Shown one piece after another: positions 1 to 9,081 of a stretch of 64,000 nucleotides of DNA. The stretch covers positions 4,096,001 through 4,160,000 of the forward strand of contig OZ251518.1 in assembly GCA_965242965.1 (NCBI GenBank), in the 5' to 3' direction. Origin of the DNA: Candidatus Poribacteria bacterium (lineage in GTDB: Bacteria > Poribacteria > WGA-4E > WGA-3G). The notes beneath the pieces were generated by a model. The model saw only the letters and a list, made by a program, of their open reading frames with translations, was not told the DNA's origin and did no database searches. A program made the position numbers and the translations under genes. Every line of letters begins with the position of its first letter. The stretch's first letter is position 1.

Positions 1-417
1 CATCAACGGTGCCACCTGCGCCGAGATGCTTGCGGCGAGCAGCTCCCAGTTGCCGAAATGTCCTGTCAAGATAATCGCGCCTTTGCCGCGTGCGAGTGCT
101 GCCTTAATGTGCGACGCGCCTTCAAAAGTCACCGCTTGTCGCAGGGCCCTCGCGTCCATGCCCGGAAATCGCAGAAATTCTACCACGTTTTTGCCGAGGT
201 TTTCAAAGCACCGCTTCGCAATTGCTGTTGCGCATCGGTTATCCGAAATGTTCAGGCTTCGCTGGAGTTGCTCGCAAGCGCGCTCTCTTTCCTTCGTCGC
301 GAGCCAGAAAGCGAGTCTGCCGAAGCCTGCACCGATGGCTAATGCCACCGAGTTCGGCAATCGTGAAACGCACGCGCCCATTAATTTGGCGGCAAATTCA
401 TAACACCAATCTTTCAT
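1..417 (-). CDS. Lipid A/lysophospholipid acyltransferase (LpxL/HtrB family), 5' part; runs off the window
   Basis: Manual minus-strand translation MKDWCYEFAAKLMG...ALARGKGAIILTGHFGNWELLAA carries the HxGNWE acyltransferase motif. Not in the ORF track because it is truncated. Confidence 0.85.
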   Translation of the reverse strand, partial: MKDWCYEFAAKLMGACVSRLPNSVALAIGAGFGRLAFWLATKERERACEQLQRSLNISDNRCATAIAKRCFENLGKNVVEFLRFPGMDARALRQAVTFEGASHIKAALARGKGAIILTGHFGNWELLAASISAQVAPLM

Positions 418-425
418 CACTATAT

Positions 426-454
426 AGTATAGCAAATTTCATGCGAAATTGCAA
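426..454 (-). promoter_or_regulatory. Sigma70-like promoter for the acyltransferase
   Basis: Minus strand TTGCAA-N17-TATACT, with TG upstream of the -10; GTG/ATG follows 5-8 nt later. Confidence 0.6.
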
Positions 455-539
455 ATAAATTTAATATTTTGTTGCATTTTGCGGGGATTTTCTTTGTTTT
501 TCGGAGCATTTCGTTATTAGCATTCGGATAAAAAACGCC

Positions 540-1215
540 ATCCCCTTCACCGTAGGGCTTGGGCCCTCGGATGCCACACGCGCATCCGAGCGGGTGTCCC
601 TCGCCATCGCTCGCGCGCCAGGCCCTGTAGGGCAGGATCGCCAGATCCTGAACCGTTTGTGATCAGGCGATCACAAACTACAGAGGGCCCGATGCGCCGC
701 CCCCTCACCGTAGGGCGAGGGCCTGTCCCTCGCCATCGCTCGCGCAATCCAACGATCGCGGGGGACAGGCCCCCGCGCTACGAAAAAAAAACGCCACCCT
801 CTCACCGTAGGGCGAGGGCCTGTCCCTCGCCATCGCTCGCGCTGCGGAAAAAACGTCTCTTCAGGTCCGTAGGACCTTAATGTCTATAGCACGTGAGGCG
901 GCAAAGAACGCTAAGGTCCGTAGGACCTTAATAGATTTTGCCATGCGGCGCGTGTTTTTATTAAGGACCTAAAGGACCTTGACATGGGACCGGCACGTTT
1001 TTCTATAGACATGTAGGACCTAAAGGACCTAAAACGCCCCTCTTGACGATGGCGATCGCGGGGGACAGGCCCCCGCGCTACGATAAAAAACGGTTCTTGA
1101 GCCATCGCGGGGGAAACCCGCTCGGATGCGCGGGTGGCATCCGAGGGCCCACGCGCTACCGGAAAATCAAGACCAGAGGGCGCGCCTACCGAACACATCG
1201 AAATATGAAACCTTC
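540..1215. repeat. Composite palindromic repeat cluster (GTAG-REP doublets + AGGACCT module)
   Basis: GTAGGGCGAGGGCCTGTCCCTCGCC and inverted CGCGGGGGACAGGCCCCCGCGCTAC copies, AGGACCT module at 862-1030, TIR-like ATATGAAACCTTCTC at the right end. Confidence 0.95.
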
Positions 1216-1231
1216 TCGGTTAATTATCCCA

Positions 1232-1260
1232 TTGACTTCTATTTCAATTTCGGGTAAACT
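1232..1260 (+). promoter_or_regulatory. Sigma70-like promoter for MATE gene
   Basis: TTGACT-N17-TAAACT, 10 nt before the ATG, no SD sequence. Confidence 0.6.
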
Positions 1261-1270
1261 TTAACCTGCT

Positions 1271-2572
1271 ATGCCGACACCCGAAAACATCAACACCCAC
1301 ATCATCCGGCTCGCCATTCCGAATATCGTCAGCAACTTCTCTATCCCGCTTTTAGGCGCGGTAGACACAGCGTTGATGGGGCGGCTAGATTCCGCACACT
1401 ACTTAGGTGCTGTCGGTATCGGCGGCGTGATTTTCAGTTTTATCTATTGGGGATTCGGATTCCTCCGCATGGCGATGACAGGGCTCGTCGCGCAAGCATT
1501 TGGGAGAAATGACGCGGCGGAATGTGGATGTTTGCTACTGCGGGGACTCTTCATCGGTGGGCTCGGTAGTTTTCTGCTCATCGTCCTCCAAGGGGCTATC
1601 GCTGAGGTGAGTTTTACGCTCATCAATGCGAGCCCAGAAGTGGAACGCCTCGCCCGCGTCTATTTTCACATTCGCATCGCTGCCGCACCGGCGACGCTCT
1701 GTCTGCACGCCTTCCACGGCACTTTTTTGGGGTTACAGAACGCGCGCTACCCGATGTTCCTGACAATTCTGGTGAACGTCATCAACATCGCGCTGAACCT
1801 GGTCTTCGTGCGAAAACTAGGGATGACGGTGGAAGGCATCGCGTTGGCAACCGTCATTGCGCAATATATCGGGTTGCTTTTGGCAGGCGCGCTCTTTTTC
1901 GTGCGGTATCGGTATCTGATACGCGGGACAGATATCCGAGGCGTGTTGCATCCGGCGCAACTCAAACGGTTTCTGAGCATTAGCGGCGATATTTTCATCA
2001 GAACCTGTTTTCTGGTGTTTAGTCACGCCTTTTTCATGGCGAAATCCGCTGAATTGAGCGATACCGTCCTAGCGATTAACACGATCCTGCTCCAATTCAT
2101 CAACCTCATGTCTTACGCGATTGATGGGTTCGCGTTCGCGGCGGAGAGCCTCGTCGGCAAATACAAGGGCGCGCAGGATACGCAGAATCTGAAACGGACA
2201 ACGCGCTACGTCTTCCGATGGGCGTTTCTGTTTGGCGGCGTGCTGATGTTAATTTTCTCGGTGTTCGGTGCCCGGGCACTACACCTCTTCACAGATCAGC
2301 CAACCGTGTTAACGCAGGCGGCTCCTTATCTCGGCTGGCTCTTCATCGCGCCTGTGGTTAACGTTGCCGCCTATATTTGGGACGGGATTTTCCTCGGCGC
2401 GACTGCATCGAAGCCGCTGCGTGACACGGTGATTTTTTCTACCTTGCTCTTCTTGGGTGCCGCGTATTTGCTGATGCCTTACGGGAATCACGGATTGTGG
2501 GGTGCGTTGACGTTGCTTTTGGTGGCGCGCGGCGTGTCGTTGACGGTGTTGGCACGCAAATATATCGCCTAG
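1271..2572 (+). CDS. dinF: MATE family efflux transporter (DinF-like)
   Basis: 433 aa, ~12 TM segments, LAIPNIVSNFSIPLLGAVDTALMG, GFLRM, DGFAFAAE and DGIFLGAT motifs typical of DinF. Confidence 0.9.
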   Translation: MPTPENINTHIIRLAIPNIVSNFSIPLLGAVDTALMGRLDSAHYLGAVGIGGVIFSFIYWGFGFLRMAMTGLVAQAFGRNDAAECGCLLLRGLFIGGLGSFLLIVLQGAIAEVSFTLINASPEVERLARVYFHIRIAAAPATLCLHAFHGTFLGLQNARYPMFLTILVNVINIALNLVFVRKLGMTVEGIALATVIAQYIGLLLAGALFFVRYRYLIRGTDIRGVLHPAQLKRFLSISGDIFIRTCFLVFSHAFFMAKSAELSDTVLAINTILLQFINLMSYAIDGFAFAAESLVGKYKGAQDTQNLKRTTRYVFRWAFLFGGVLMLIFSVFGARALHLFTDQPTVLTQAAPYLGWLFIAPVVNVAAYIWDGIFLGATASKPLRDTVIFSTLLFLGAAYLLMPYGNHGLWGALTLLLVARGVSLTVLARKYIA

Positions 2573-2574
2573 CA

Positions 2575-2955
2575 GAAGGCATCGGGCCCATCTCTGTAGT
2601 TCGGGAGCGCCCGCTCCCGAACGGGTCAGGATCAGGCGATCCTGACCTACAGAGGTGATGCGGTCTGACACCAAAACGCATGGCGAGGGACAGGCCCTCG
2701 CCCTACGTGAAAGGGAAGCGTTTTTTCATCGTAGCGCGGGGCCCTCGGATGCCAGACGCGCATCCGAGCGGGTTTCCTCCGCGATCGTTGCATAGCGAGG
2801 GACAGGCCCTCGCCCTACGGTGAAGGGGATTGTTTTTTTCCGTAGCGCGGGGGCCTGTCCCCCGCGATCGCAGCATGGCGAGGGAAACCCTCTCGCATGC
2901 GCGTGTGGCATGCGAGGGCCCTCGCCCTACGGTGAAGGGGAAGCGTTTTTTTTCA
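2575..2955. repeat. Palindromic repeat cluster
   Basis: GTAGTTCGGGAGCGCCCGCTCCCGAAC / GGTCAGGATCAGGCGATCCTGACCTAC doublet plus several A/B-type hairpins. Confidence 0.95.
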
Positions 2956-2998
2956 CCGCATCGCGGGGGATCGTTCCGTTGCGAAATCCAAAAAAAAC

Positions 2999-3027
2999 TT
3001 GAAATACGTCTCGATTTATGCTAAACT
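2999..3027 (+). promoter_or_regulatory. Sigma70-like promoter
   Basis: TTGAAA-N17-TAAACT with extended TG. Confidence 0.55.
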
Positions 3028-3097
3028 GAACAAAACACACCTTAAAAAACGTTCCTGATAGGTGAGGTCCAACCGCGCCTACCGGGGAGGATTATTC

Positions 3098-5476
3098 ATG
3101 AGATGGGAATTTTTACTCGTGCTTGGGCTAATCATCGGGTGCAACTTGGGACAACCACCACGGCGCGCAAACCCCGAATTCGCAAAGCAGTATCAAATCG
3201 GCGCAGACGCACTTTTCAATGATAACCTTGAGGAAGCAGAACAAGCGTTCCTCGCGTGCCTCGAGATCGACCCCGAGTCTGTCAATGCACGCATGCAGCT
3301 TTCGCGCGTCTATATCAAACAGCAGAAATTTGAAGAAGCATCGGCAACGTTAGACCGGGTTGACGAAACCTTCGCTGACCCGAGCCTGCTGCTCAGCCCG
3401 GAAGAATTGGCGGAAGCATACGTCATTATGTCGCAAATCCACAGTTACCAAGGGGAGTTCAGCGAGGCAACCGAAGATTTGACGAGTGCCTTAGAATTGG
3501 ACCCGAAGAATATCAACGCGCGGATGAGACTCGGCTACTTCCTCGGCGCACCGCAACAGATGCTTGTCCCAGACCTGGCCGCGTCCAAACGGCAATTCGA
3601 GAAGGTGCTGAAGAAGGACCCGAACCATCTTGAAGCGATGCTCCAACTCGGCCTCGCGGAATTCCGACTCGGCGACGCGGAAAAGGCGGCGGAACGGTTC
3701 AGGCATATCATTGAAAACTACGGCCGCCACGCCGGTGCCTACTACTACCTCGGTGTCTATTACCTGCGGCAAGCCTACCTAGGGAACCCCGACTCGCGGG
3801 AAGATAATGCGAAAAAGGCAATTGAGAATTTGAAAGCCTCCAACGATCTCAAGTCAAGCGATTTGGATACGATTTGGAACTTGTATACCGCCGCAAGGCT
3901 GGCAGGATACCCCGAAGATGTGTTAAATGCTTTCCGACCGGATGAGCGGGAAGAAGACTGGCAGGAGCATACGCTACCCGAGAACCCTCGGTTTACAGAT
4001 GTCGCACCTGATTTAGAGATGGACAAAACGGACGGTGGGCGCGGCAGTGCTTGGGCAGATTATGATGCCGATGGCGATTTGGACATCGTCGCCGTGGGGA
4101 CATATCAACCGCATGCGCTCTATCAAAATAACGGGGATGGCACGTTCACGAACGTCGCCAAGAAGGCCCGCCTCGCCGACCCGAGAGGCGGCTGGGGCTC
4201 CCTCTTTGCCGATTACGATAACGACGGCTACCCAGACCTCTATGTGACGCGCGGCGGCTGGTCTGGCGCAGACGACAACACGCTCTATCACAACAATGGT
4301 GACGGCACCTTCACCGATGTAACGCGCCACGCCGGCGTGCGCGCACCGCAAAGCAGTTTCTGTGCAGCCTGGGCAGATTACGATAACGATGGATACCTAG
4401 ACATCTACATAGCGAACGGCGTTATCGGCGATGGCGCGGCGAATGTGCTTTACCACAACAACGGCGACAGCACGTTTACCGACGTGGCAGAAGAAGCCGG
4501 CGTTGCAAACACCGGGAGCTCACTCGGCACCGCCTGGGGCGATTACAATAACGATGGCCACATCGATATTCACCTCGTCAACTATGGGGATAAGAACGTG
4601 CTTTATCGGAACAACGGCGATGGAACTTTCACCGACGTGACAGAGGAAACGGGGATGGATTTGACTATCACCGATTCGTTCGTCACCTTTTTCCTTGACT
4701 ACGATAACGATAGCGATTTGGACATTTTCATATCCAACTCCGGCTCCTATGGTTCGTTCATCCTGTCTCAATTCAGTGGCGAGGCGTTGCAGGATGGAGA
4801 ACGGCAGGTGCTTTATCGGAACAACGGCGATGGAACTTTCACCGACATAACGAAGGAAGCTGGACTCTCCTGGTCCTTCGGGGCAATGGGCGCAAACTTC
4901 GGCGACGTTGATGGAGATGGCAACCTTGACATCTATCTGGCGACAGGCGCACCGCAGATGGGACGCTTGGAACGCGACGCGCTCTTCCTCAACAACGGCG
5001 ATGGAACTTTCACCGATACGACTATCGCTTTAGGGCTCGGCAACCTCGGAAAAGGACACGGCGTTACTTTCGGCGATGCAGATGCTGATGGAGACCAGGA
5101 TATTTACGTCTCTGTCGGTGGTGCATTCATCGGGGACCAGTGGCCCAACCTATTTTATCAAAACCAAGGACCGGCAAGCAATTGGCTCACCGTCAAACCA
5201 GTCGGCATCGAAAGCAACCGTGATGGCATCGGCGCGAGAGTGACGGTAACCGTCGGCAATAGAACGCTTTATCGGGAAGTGAGCGGCGGATGCGGGTTCG
5301 GTTCAACGAACAGCATCCAATTAGAAATCGGATTGGGGGATGCAACGTTGGTGGATAGATTGGAAATCGTCTGGCCCTCCGGACAGGTAGATATGTATGA
5401 GAACCTGTCCGTGAATCAAGTGCTAGTCGCCACGGAAGGTGACAGCATGAAGGGCACATCGGATCCGAATAAATAG
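3098..5476 (+). CDS. Lipoprotein with TPR repeats, FG-GAP/VCBS propeller and ASPIC/UnbV C-terminal domain (CRTAC1-like)
   Basis: ATG 3098 after GGAGG; lipobox LIIGC; N-terminal TPRs; repeated DYDNDG..D and NNGDGTFTDV; C-terminal NRDGIGARV...GLG...IVWPSG. Confidence 0.9.
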   Translation: MRWEFLLVLGLIIGCNLGQPPRRANPEFAKQYQIGADALFNDNLEEAEQAFLACLEIDPESVNARMQLSRVYIKQQKFEEASATLDRVDETFADPSLLLSPEELAEAYVIMSQIHSYQGEFSEATEDLTSALELDPKNINARMRLGYFLGAPQQMLVPDLAASKRQFEKVLKKDPNHLEAMLQLGLAEFRLGDAEKAAERFRHIIENYGRHAGAYYYLGVYYLRQAYLGNPDSREDNAKKAIENLKASNDLKSSDLDTIWNLYTAARLAGYPEDVLNAFRPDEREEDWQEHTLPENPRFTDVAPDLEMDKTDGGRGSAWADYDADGDLDIVAVGTYQPHALYQNNGDGTFTNVAKKARLADPRGGWGSLFADYDNDGYPDLYVTRGGWSGADDNTLYHNNGDGTFTDVTRHAGVRAPQSSFCAAWADYDNDGYLDIYIANGVIGDGAANVLYHNNGDSTFTDVAEEAGVANTGSSLGTAWGDYNNDGHIDIHLVNYGDKNVLYRNNGDGTFTDVTEETGMDLTITDSFVTFFLDYDNDSDLDIFISNSGSYGSFILSQFSGEALQDGERQVLYRNNGDGTFTDITKEAGLSWSFGAMGANFGDVDGDGNLDIYLATGAPQMGRLERDALFLNNGDGTFTDTTIALGLGNLGKGHGVTFGDADADGDQDIYVSVGGAFIGDQWPNLFYQNQGPASNWLTVKPVGIESNRDGIGARVTVTVGNRTLYREVSGGCGFGSTNSIQLEIGLGDATLVDRLEIVWPSGQVDMYENLSVNQVLVATEGDSMKGTSDPNK

Positions 5477-5477
5477 T

Positions 5478-5610
5478 CCCGAAGGGTGGGGAGCCGTCCC
5501 GCGCCGTGCGGCGACGCGGGGGACAGGCCCCCGCGCTACGTGTGCCGGTAGGCACTTTGTCACAGATAACTGATGTCGACAGCCCCCGCGCTACGTGTGC
5601 CGGTAGGTTC
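5478..5610. repeat. Small REP cluster between convergent genes
   Basis: B-type hairpin plus a duplicated CCCCGCGCTACGTGTGCCGGTAGG. Confidence 0.75.
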
Positions 5611-5612
5611 GC

Positions 5613-6383
5613 TTATTCTTTAATCACAAAGAATTTCTCCTCTTTAATCCGTTCTTCCGGGAAGCGCGCGCGCGCCCAGATCGCCTTTGCATTCTCGATC
5701 ATCTGTGGATGTCCGCATGCGTAGACGACTGAGTTCGTATGATTGAAGTCTTGCGCGTCCCCGTATTTGCGGATGACATCTTCGGCGCGCCCACTTTCGC
5801 CTTCCCAACTCGGGTCTTCCCACGGCCGGCTGACTGTCGGGACGAAAGAGAACCATTCTTCCTGCGCGGCGAGTTCGTTAAGTTCGTCCATGTAGTAGCC
5901 GAGTTCCCAGGAACGGCTCGCGCCGACGATGGCGAGGAGTTGGTGCGGGCTCGGTTCGCCGCGTTCCTGCTCGATTTTCTGCGTGCGCGCGATGCTAATG
6001 TAGGGTGCCGCGCCCGTGACGGTGCCCGCCATGAGGTGCCGCGTCATGCCGCTCTCGGTGTCCATGACGAACTTCCCGACGAGACGTTCGCGGAAAAACA
6101 CACTGTCGCCGAGTTTCAATTCCCAGAACAGCGGAGTTGTTTCACCCTCCGGCACTAATTCCACGAACACTTCCATGAACGGCTCATGCGGCGAGGAGAC
6201 GATGGAGTAGGGACGCTGGACAATTTTCTCACCGACCTGGAAGCCGATAGTGGCGTATTGTCCCGGAATAAACGGGAGCTGCTTCTCCATCCCAAATTTG
6301 AACGCCGCCAAGTCTTCGGAAAAGTCCTCACGTTCAATAAGTTCGCCTTTACAATACTGCGCTCTAGCGCGTCTTCTTCGCAT
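5613..6383 (-). CDS. fpr: Ferredoxin/flavodoxin--NADP+ reductase (FNR family)
   Basis: FIPGQY, RPYSIVS, TVTGAAPY, TVSR and YACGHPQM motifs. Start placed at 6383 (AAGGA SD); the ORF extension upstream lies in repeat DNA. Confidence 0.85.
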   Translation of the reverse strand: MRRRRARAQYCKGELIEREDFSEDLAAFKFGMEKQLPFIPGQYATIGFQVGEKIVQRPYSIVSSPHEPFMEVFVELVPEGETTPLFWELKLGDSVFFRERLVGKFVMDTESGMTRHLMAGTVTGAAPYISIARTQKIEQERGEPSPHQLLAIVGASRSWELGYYMDELNELAAQEEWFSFVPTVSRPWEDPSWEGESGRAEDVIRKYGDAQDFNHTNSVVYACGHPQMIENAKAIWARARFPEERIKEEKFFVIKE

Positions 6384-6406
6384 AATAAATTCCTTTACAA
6401 TTAAAT

Positions 6407-6701
6407 GAGGGTGTTTCATAAATCGCTCAACGTCGCGGGGAAACCCGCTCGGATGCGCGTGTGGCATGCGAGGGCCCCCGCGCTACGATAAAAAACGCCT
6501 TTCCTTCACGTAGGGCGAGGGCCTGTCCCTCGCCATGCATTTTGGTGTCAGACCGCATCCCCCCTGTAGGTCAAGATCGCCTGATCTTGACCCGTTCGGG
6601 ATCAGGCGATCCCGAACTACAGAGATGGGCCCGATGCCTTCCGGTATTCGCCCGCCCTCCAAGGCGGGATAAATACCGAAACGGAGTTATGAAACACCCT
6701 G
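6407..6701. mobile_element. MITE-like composite element: TIRs enclosing REP modules, 8-bp target duplication
   Basis: AATTAAAT|GAGGGTGTTTCATAA ... TTATGAAACACCCTG|AATTAAAT (direct repeats at 6399-6406 and 6702-6709). Confidence 0.8.
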
Positions 6702-6804
6702 AATTAAATCAAGTTACGTCAAAAACCGCCGAATAGGTTTTCGACAATCGGGTTTTGTCATATTATACACGAAAAACCAAAGTAGATCAAGAGAAAAGTT
6801 TTTC

Positions 6805-6833
6805 TTGCAATTTGATACGATTTTGGTTATGAT
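6805..6833 (+). promoter_or_regulatory. Sigma70-like promoter
   Basis: TTGCAA-N17-TATGAT upstream of AGGAGG and ATG 6907. Confidence 0.55.
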
Positions 6834-6906
6834 TAACATTGGCAACGTAACCTAGACGCATCACATTGCGTTTTTAAACAAAAATCATTAGGAGGATAAT
6901 ATCATT

Positions 6907-7686
6907 ATGTTGAAATTTATGAACGTATTCGCCCTCATCATCGTGCTAGTTGCGGGATGCGTCTTTAGCGTCCAAGGCGCGAAGGATGATTGCGAAAATA
7001 TCGATGGCAAGGGCGCGAAGCCTATCAAAGAAGTCGGCAAGGAAGACGATGGCGTTCAAAACGATTACGACGAAGTCGTCGAAGAGGACGAACGCAAGGG
7101 TGTCACCTACCTCTCCCTCATCGGGGGAAGTTCGCCGAAACCGAACGATTGTGGACTCAACCCGAAAAATAAGGAAGATGAGTGGACAGGCTGGGGTGGC
7201 CCGCTGGATACAGACAACGCGACTATCGGCGAAGGTATCGGCACGCGGAACGAAATCGTCATCGGTGGCATCTATTTTCCGCGCGGCATCGGCACGCATA
7301 CCATCGGCACGCTCGTCTATGATCTTTCCGGTGATAACTACCTCAAATTTGAGGGATACATCGGCATGGCAGACGAGAAGGACCCGGCCGAGTGCGGACA
7401 CGGCGGCAGCGGCGATTTCATCTTTAGCATCGATGGCAAGGAAGTCTACGCCTCCGAAAAACTCCAAGGTACCGAAGACGGAAAGAATGTCGACGCGGTA
7501 AAAGTTGAGCTTGACATTCCGGCGAACGCCAAAGAATTGGAGATTATCATGGGTGATGGCGGCGATGGACTCGGCTGCGATCATTCCGCTATTGGCGATG
7601 CGAAGTTGCTCAACGCGCAAGCACTCGCCGTTGAACCGGCGAATAAACTGCCGACGATTTGGGGCCACCTGAAGTCTCAGTATTAA
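6907..7686 (+). CDS. Secreted NPCBM/NEW2 carbohydrate-binding domain protein with conserved C-terminal tail
   Basis: Signal peptide; IGGIYFPRGIGTH...YDLSG..Y.KFEGYIG...DGGDG.GCDH..IGDAKL NPCBM pattern; ends AVEPANKLPTIWGHLKSQY. Confidence 0.8.
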   Translation: MLKFMNVFALIIVLVAGCVFSVQGAKDDCENIDGKGAKPIKEVGKEDDGVQNDYDEVVEEDERKGVTYLSLIGGSSPKPNDCGLNPKNKEDEWTGWGGPLDTDNATIGEGIGTRNEIVIGGIYFPRGIGTHTIGTLVYDLSGDNYLKFEGYIGMADEKDPAECGHGGSGDFIFSIDGKEVYASEKLQGTEDGKNVDAVKVELDIPANAKELEIIMGDGGDGLGCDHSAIGDAKLLNAQALAVEPANKLPTIWGHLKSQY

Positions 7687-7704
7687 ACACCGCCGTGATA
7701 CGAA

Positions 7705-8165
7705 GAACCGTTTTTTTATCGTAGCGCGGGGGCGTTTTTTATCGTAGCGCGGGGGCCTGTCCCCCGCGATCGTTTCAGGTCCCGGAGCGGGTTTCCTCGC
7801 GATCTCGGCATGGCGAGGGACAGGCCCTCGCCCTACGATGCAGGGAGGCGTTTTTTTATCGTAGCGCGGGGGCCTGTCCCCCGCGATCGTTTCAGGCTCC
7901 GTAGCGGGTTTCCTCGCGATCTCGGCATGGCGAGGGACAGGCCCTCGCCCTACGGTGCAGGGGGCGTTTTTTATCGTAGGGCTTGGGCCCTCGGATGCCA
8001 CACGCGCATCCGAGCGGGTTTCCCCCGCGATCGTTTCAGGCTCCGTAGCGGGTTTCCTCGCGATCTCGGCATGGCGAGGGACAGGCCCTCGCCCTACGAT
8101 GAGGGTGGTGTTTTTTTCGTAGACGCGCCGTCCTATTGCATCAAAACCAGGAGGGCTCTCCTACG
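7705..8165. repeat. Tandem REP doublet array
   Basis: About three near-identical units of B hairpin, GATCGTTTCAGG...GCGATCTCGGCAT spacer and inverted A hairpin. Confidence 0.95.
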
Positions 8166-8180
8166 GATACACGTTTTTCC

Positions 8181-8209
8181 TTGCAATTTTATTTTCGTTG
8201 TGTTATCAT
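8181..8209 (+). promoter_or_regulatory. Sigma70-like promoter for LamG pair
   Basis: TTGCAA-N17-TATCAT with extended TG. Confidence 0.55.
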
Positions 8210-8241
8210 ATTAACAATTCTTGTTCATAAGGAGAAAATTT

Positions 8242-9009
8242 ATGAAAACAGTTATCTTAACCCTCGGCGTGCTGGTTTTCAGCCTCATCGCGGCGCACAT
8301 CAGCACCGCCGAGATTGATATGGAGACAGCCGTCGGCATTTGGCTCTTTGACGAAGGAAAAGGCGATGTTGCCGGCGATCTGTCTGACGCAGGAAACGAG
8401 GGCGAATTGGTGGAATCTCCCGCCTGGGTGAAAGGCAAATTCGGGATGGCTCTTGAATTTGATGGGAAAGCCAGCTGCGTCAAAACCGAACAGAAACTCC
8501 TCGATAGTTTAGAAGAATTCACGATTATCACGTGGATAAAGACCGGCGACATCACCGCGAATCGTATCGGCCTCGTCGGGCAAAACGATGCACCGGAATT
8601 CGGGTTCGGGAACCCGAAGGAACTGGCACTCTGGACACCCACCTCCGGTTGGAACCCGCACCCGTGGAAATTGAAGCACGGCGATGGCGAGTGGCACCAC
8701 GTCGGATGTGTCGCCACAACGGACTATGTCCACGTCTACATTGACGGCGAATACGAGGAAAAGAAGGGCGGCTGGGCAAATCACGGCGCGTCCGGTTTTA
8801 ACGTCAATATCGGCGGCTGCGGCGTGTGGGATCCCAATGGCAACTTTTTCACCGGTGCCATGGACGAAGTCGCTATCTTCCACTCCGCACTAGAGCAAGA
8901 GGATATCCAGACGTTGATGGGCGGATTCAATGCCTATTTGGCGGTTGAACCGGCCAATAAACTGAGCGTCACATGGGGACATCTGAAGGCGAATCATCAT
9001 TTTCGGTAG
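8242..9009 (+). CDS. Secreted LamG/concanavalin-like jellyroll protein (copy 1)
   Basis: GIWLFDEGKG, WVKGKFGMALEFDG, EWHHV, FTGAMDEVAIF; C-terminal AVEPANKLSVTWGHLK; SD AAGGAG before ATG 8242. Confidence 0.9.
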   Translation: MKTVILTLGVLVFSLIAAHISTAEIDMETAVGIWLFDEGKGDVAGDLSDAGNEGELVESPAWVKGKFGMALEFDGKASCVKTEQKLLDSLEEFTIITWIKTGDITANRIGLVGQNDAPEFGFGNPKELALWTPTSGWNPHPWKLKHGDGEWHHVGCVATTDYVHVYIDGEYEEKKGGWANHGASGFNVNIGGCGVWDPNGNFFTGAMDEVAIFHSALEQEDIQTLMGGFNAYLAVEPANKLSVTWGHLKANHHFR

Positions 9010-9081
9010 AGCGAGCTCGCATCGGTAGGCGCGCTTACAAACCGCGCCTATCGGTTATCATTTCATAAAGGAGAAAAACGT

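Noticed and set aside
26-403. Plus-strand ORFs at the window start
   Set aside because: The minus strand encodes a recognisable acyltransferase over the same interval.
547-1264. Many short ORFs with RGTGPRPT / ARGPVPR / GDRPPRY peptides, here and in other clusters
   Set aside because: They are translations of the palindromic repeats, with no SD and no independent domain content.
6946-8001. 351-aa minus-strand ORF
   Set aside because: It starts in REP DNA and is antisense to the well-supported NPCBM gene.
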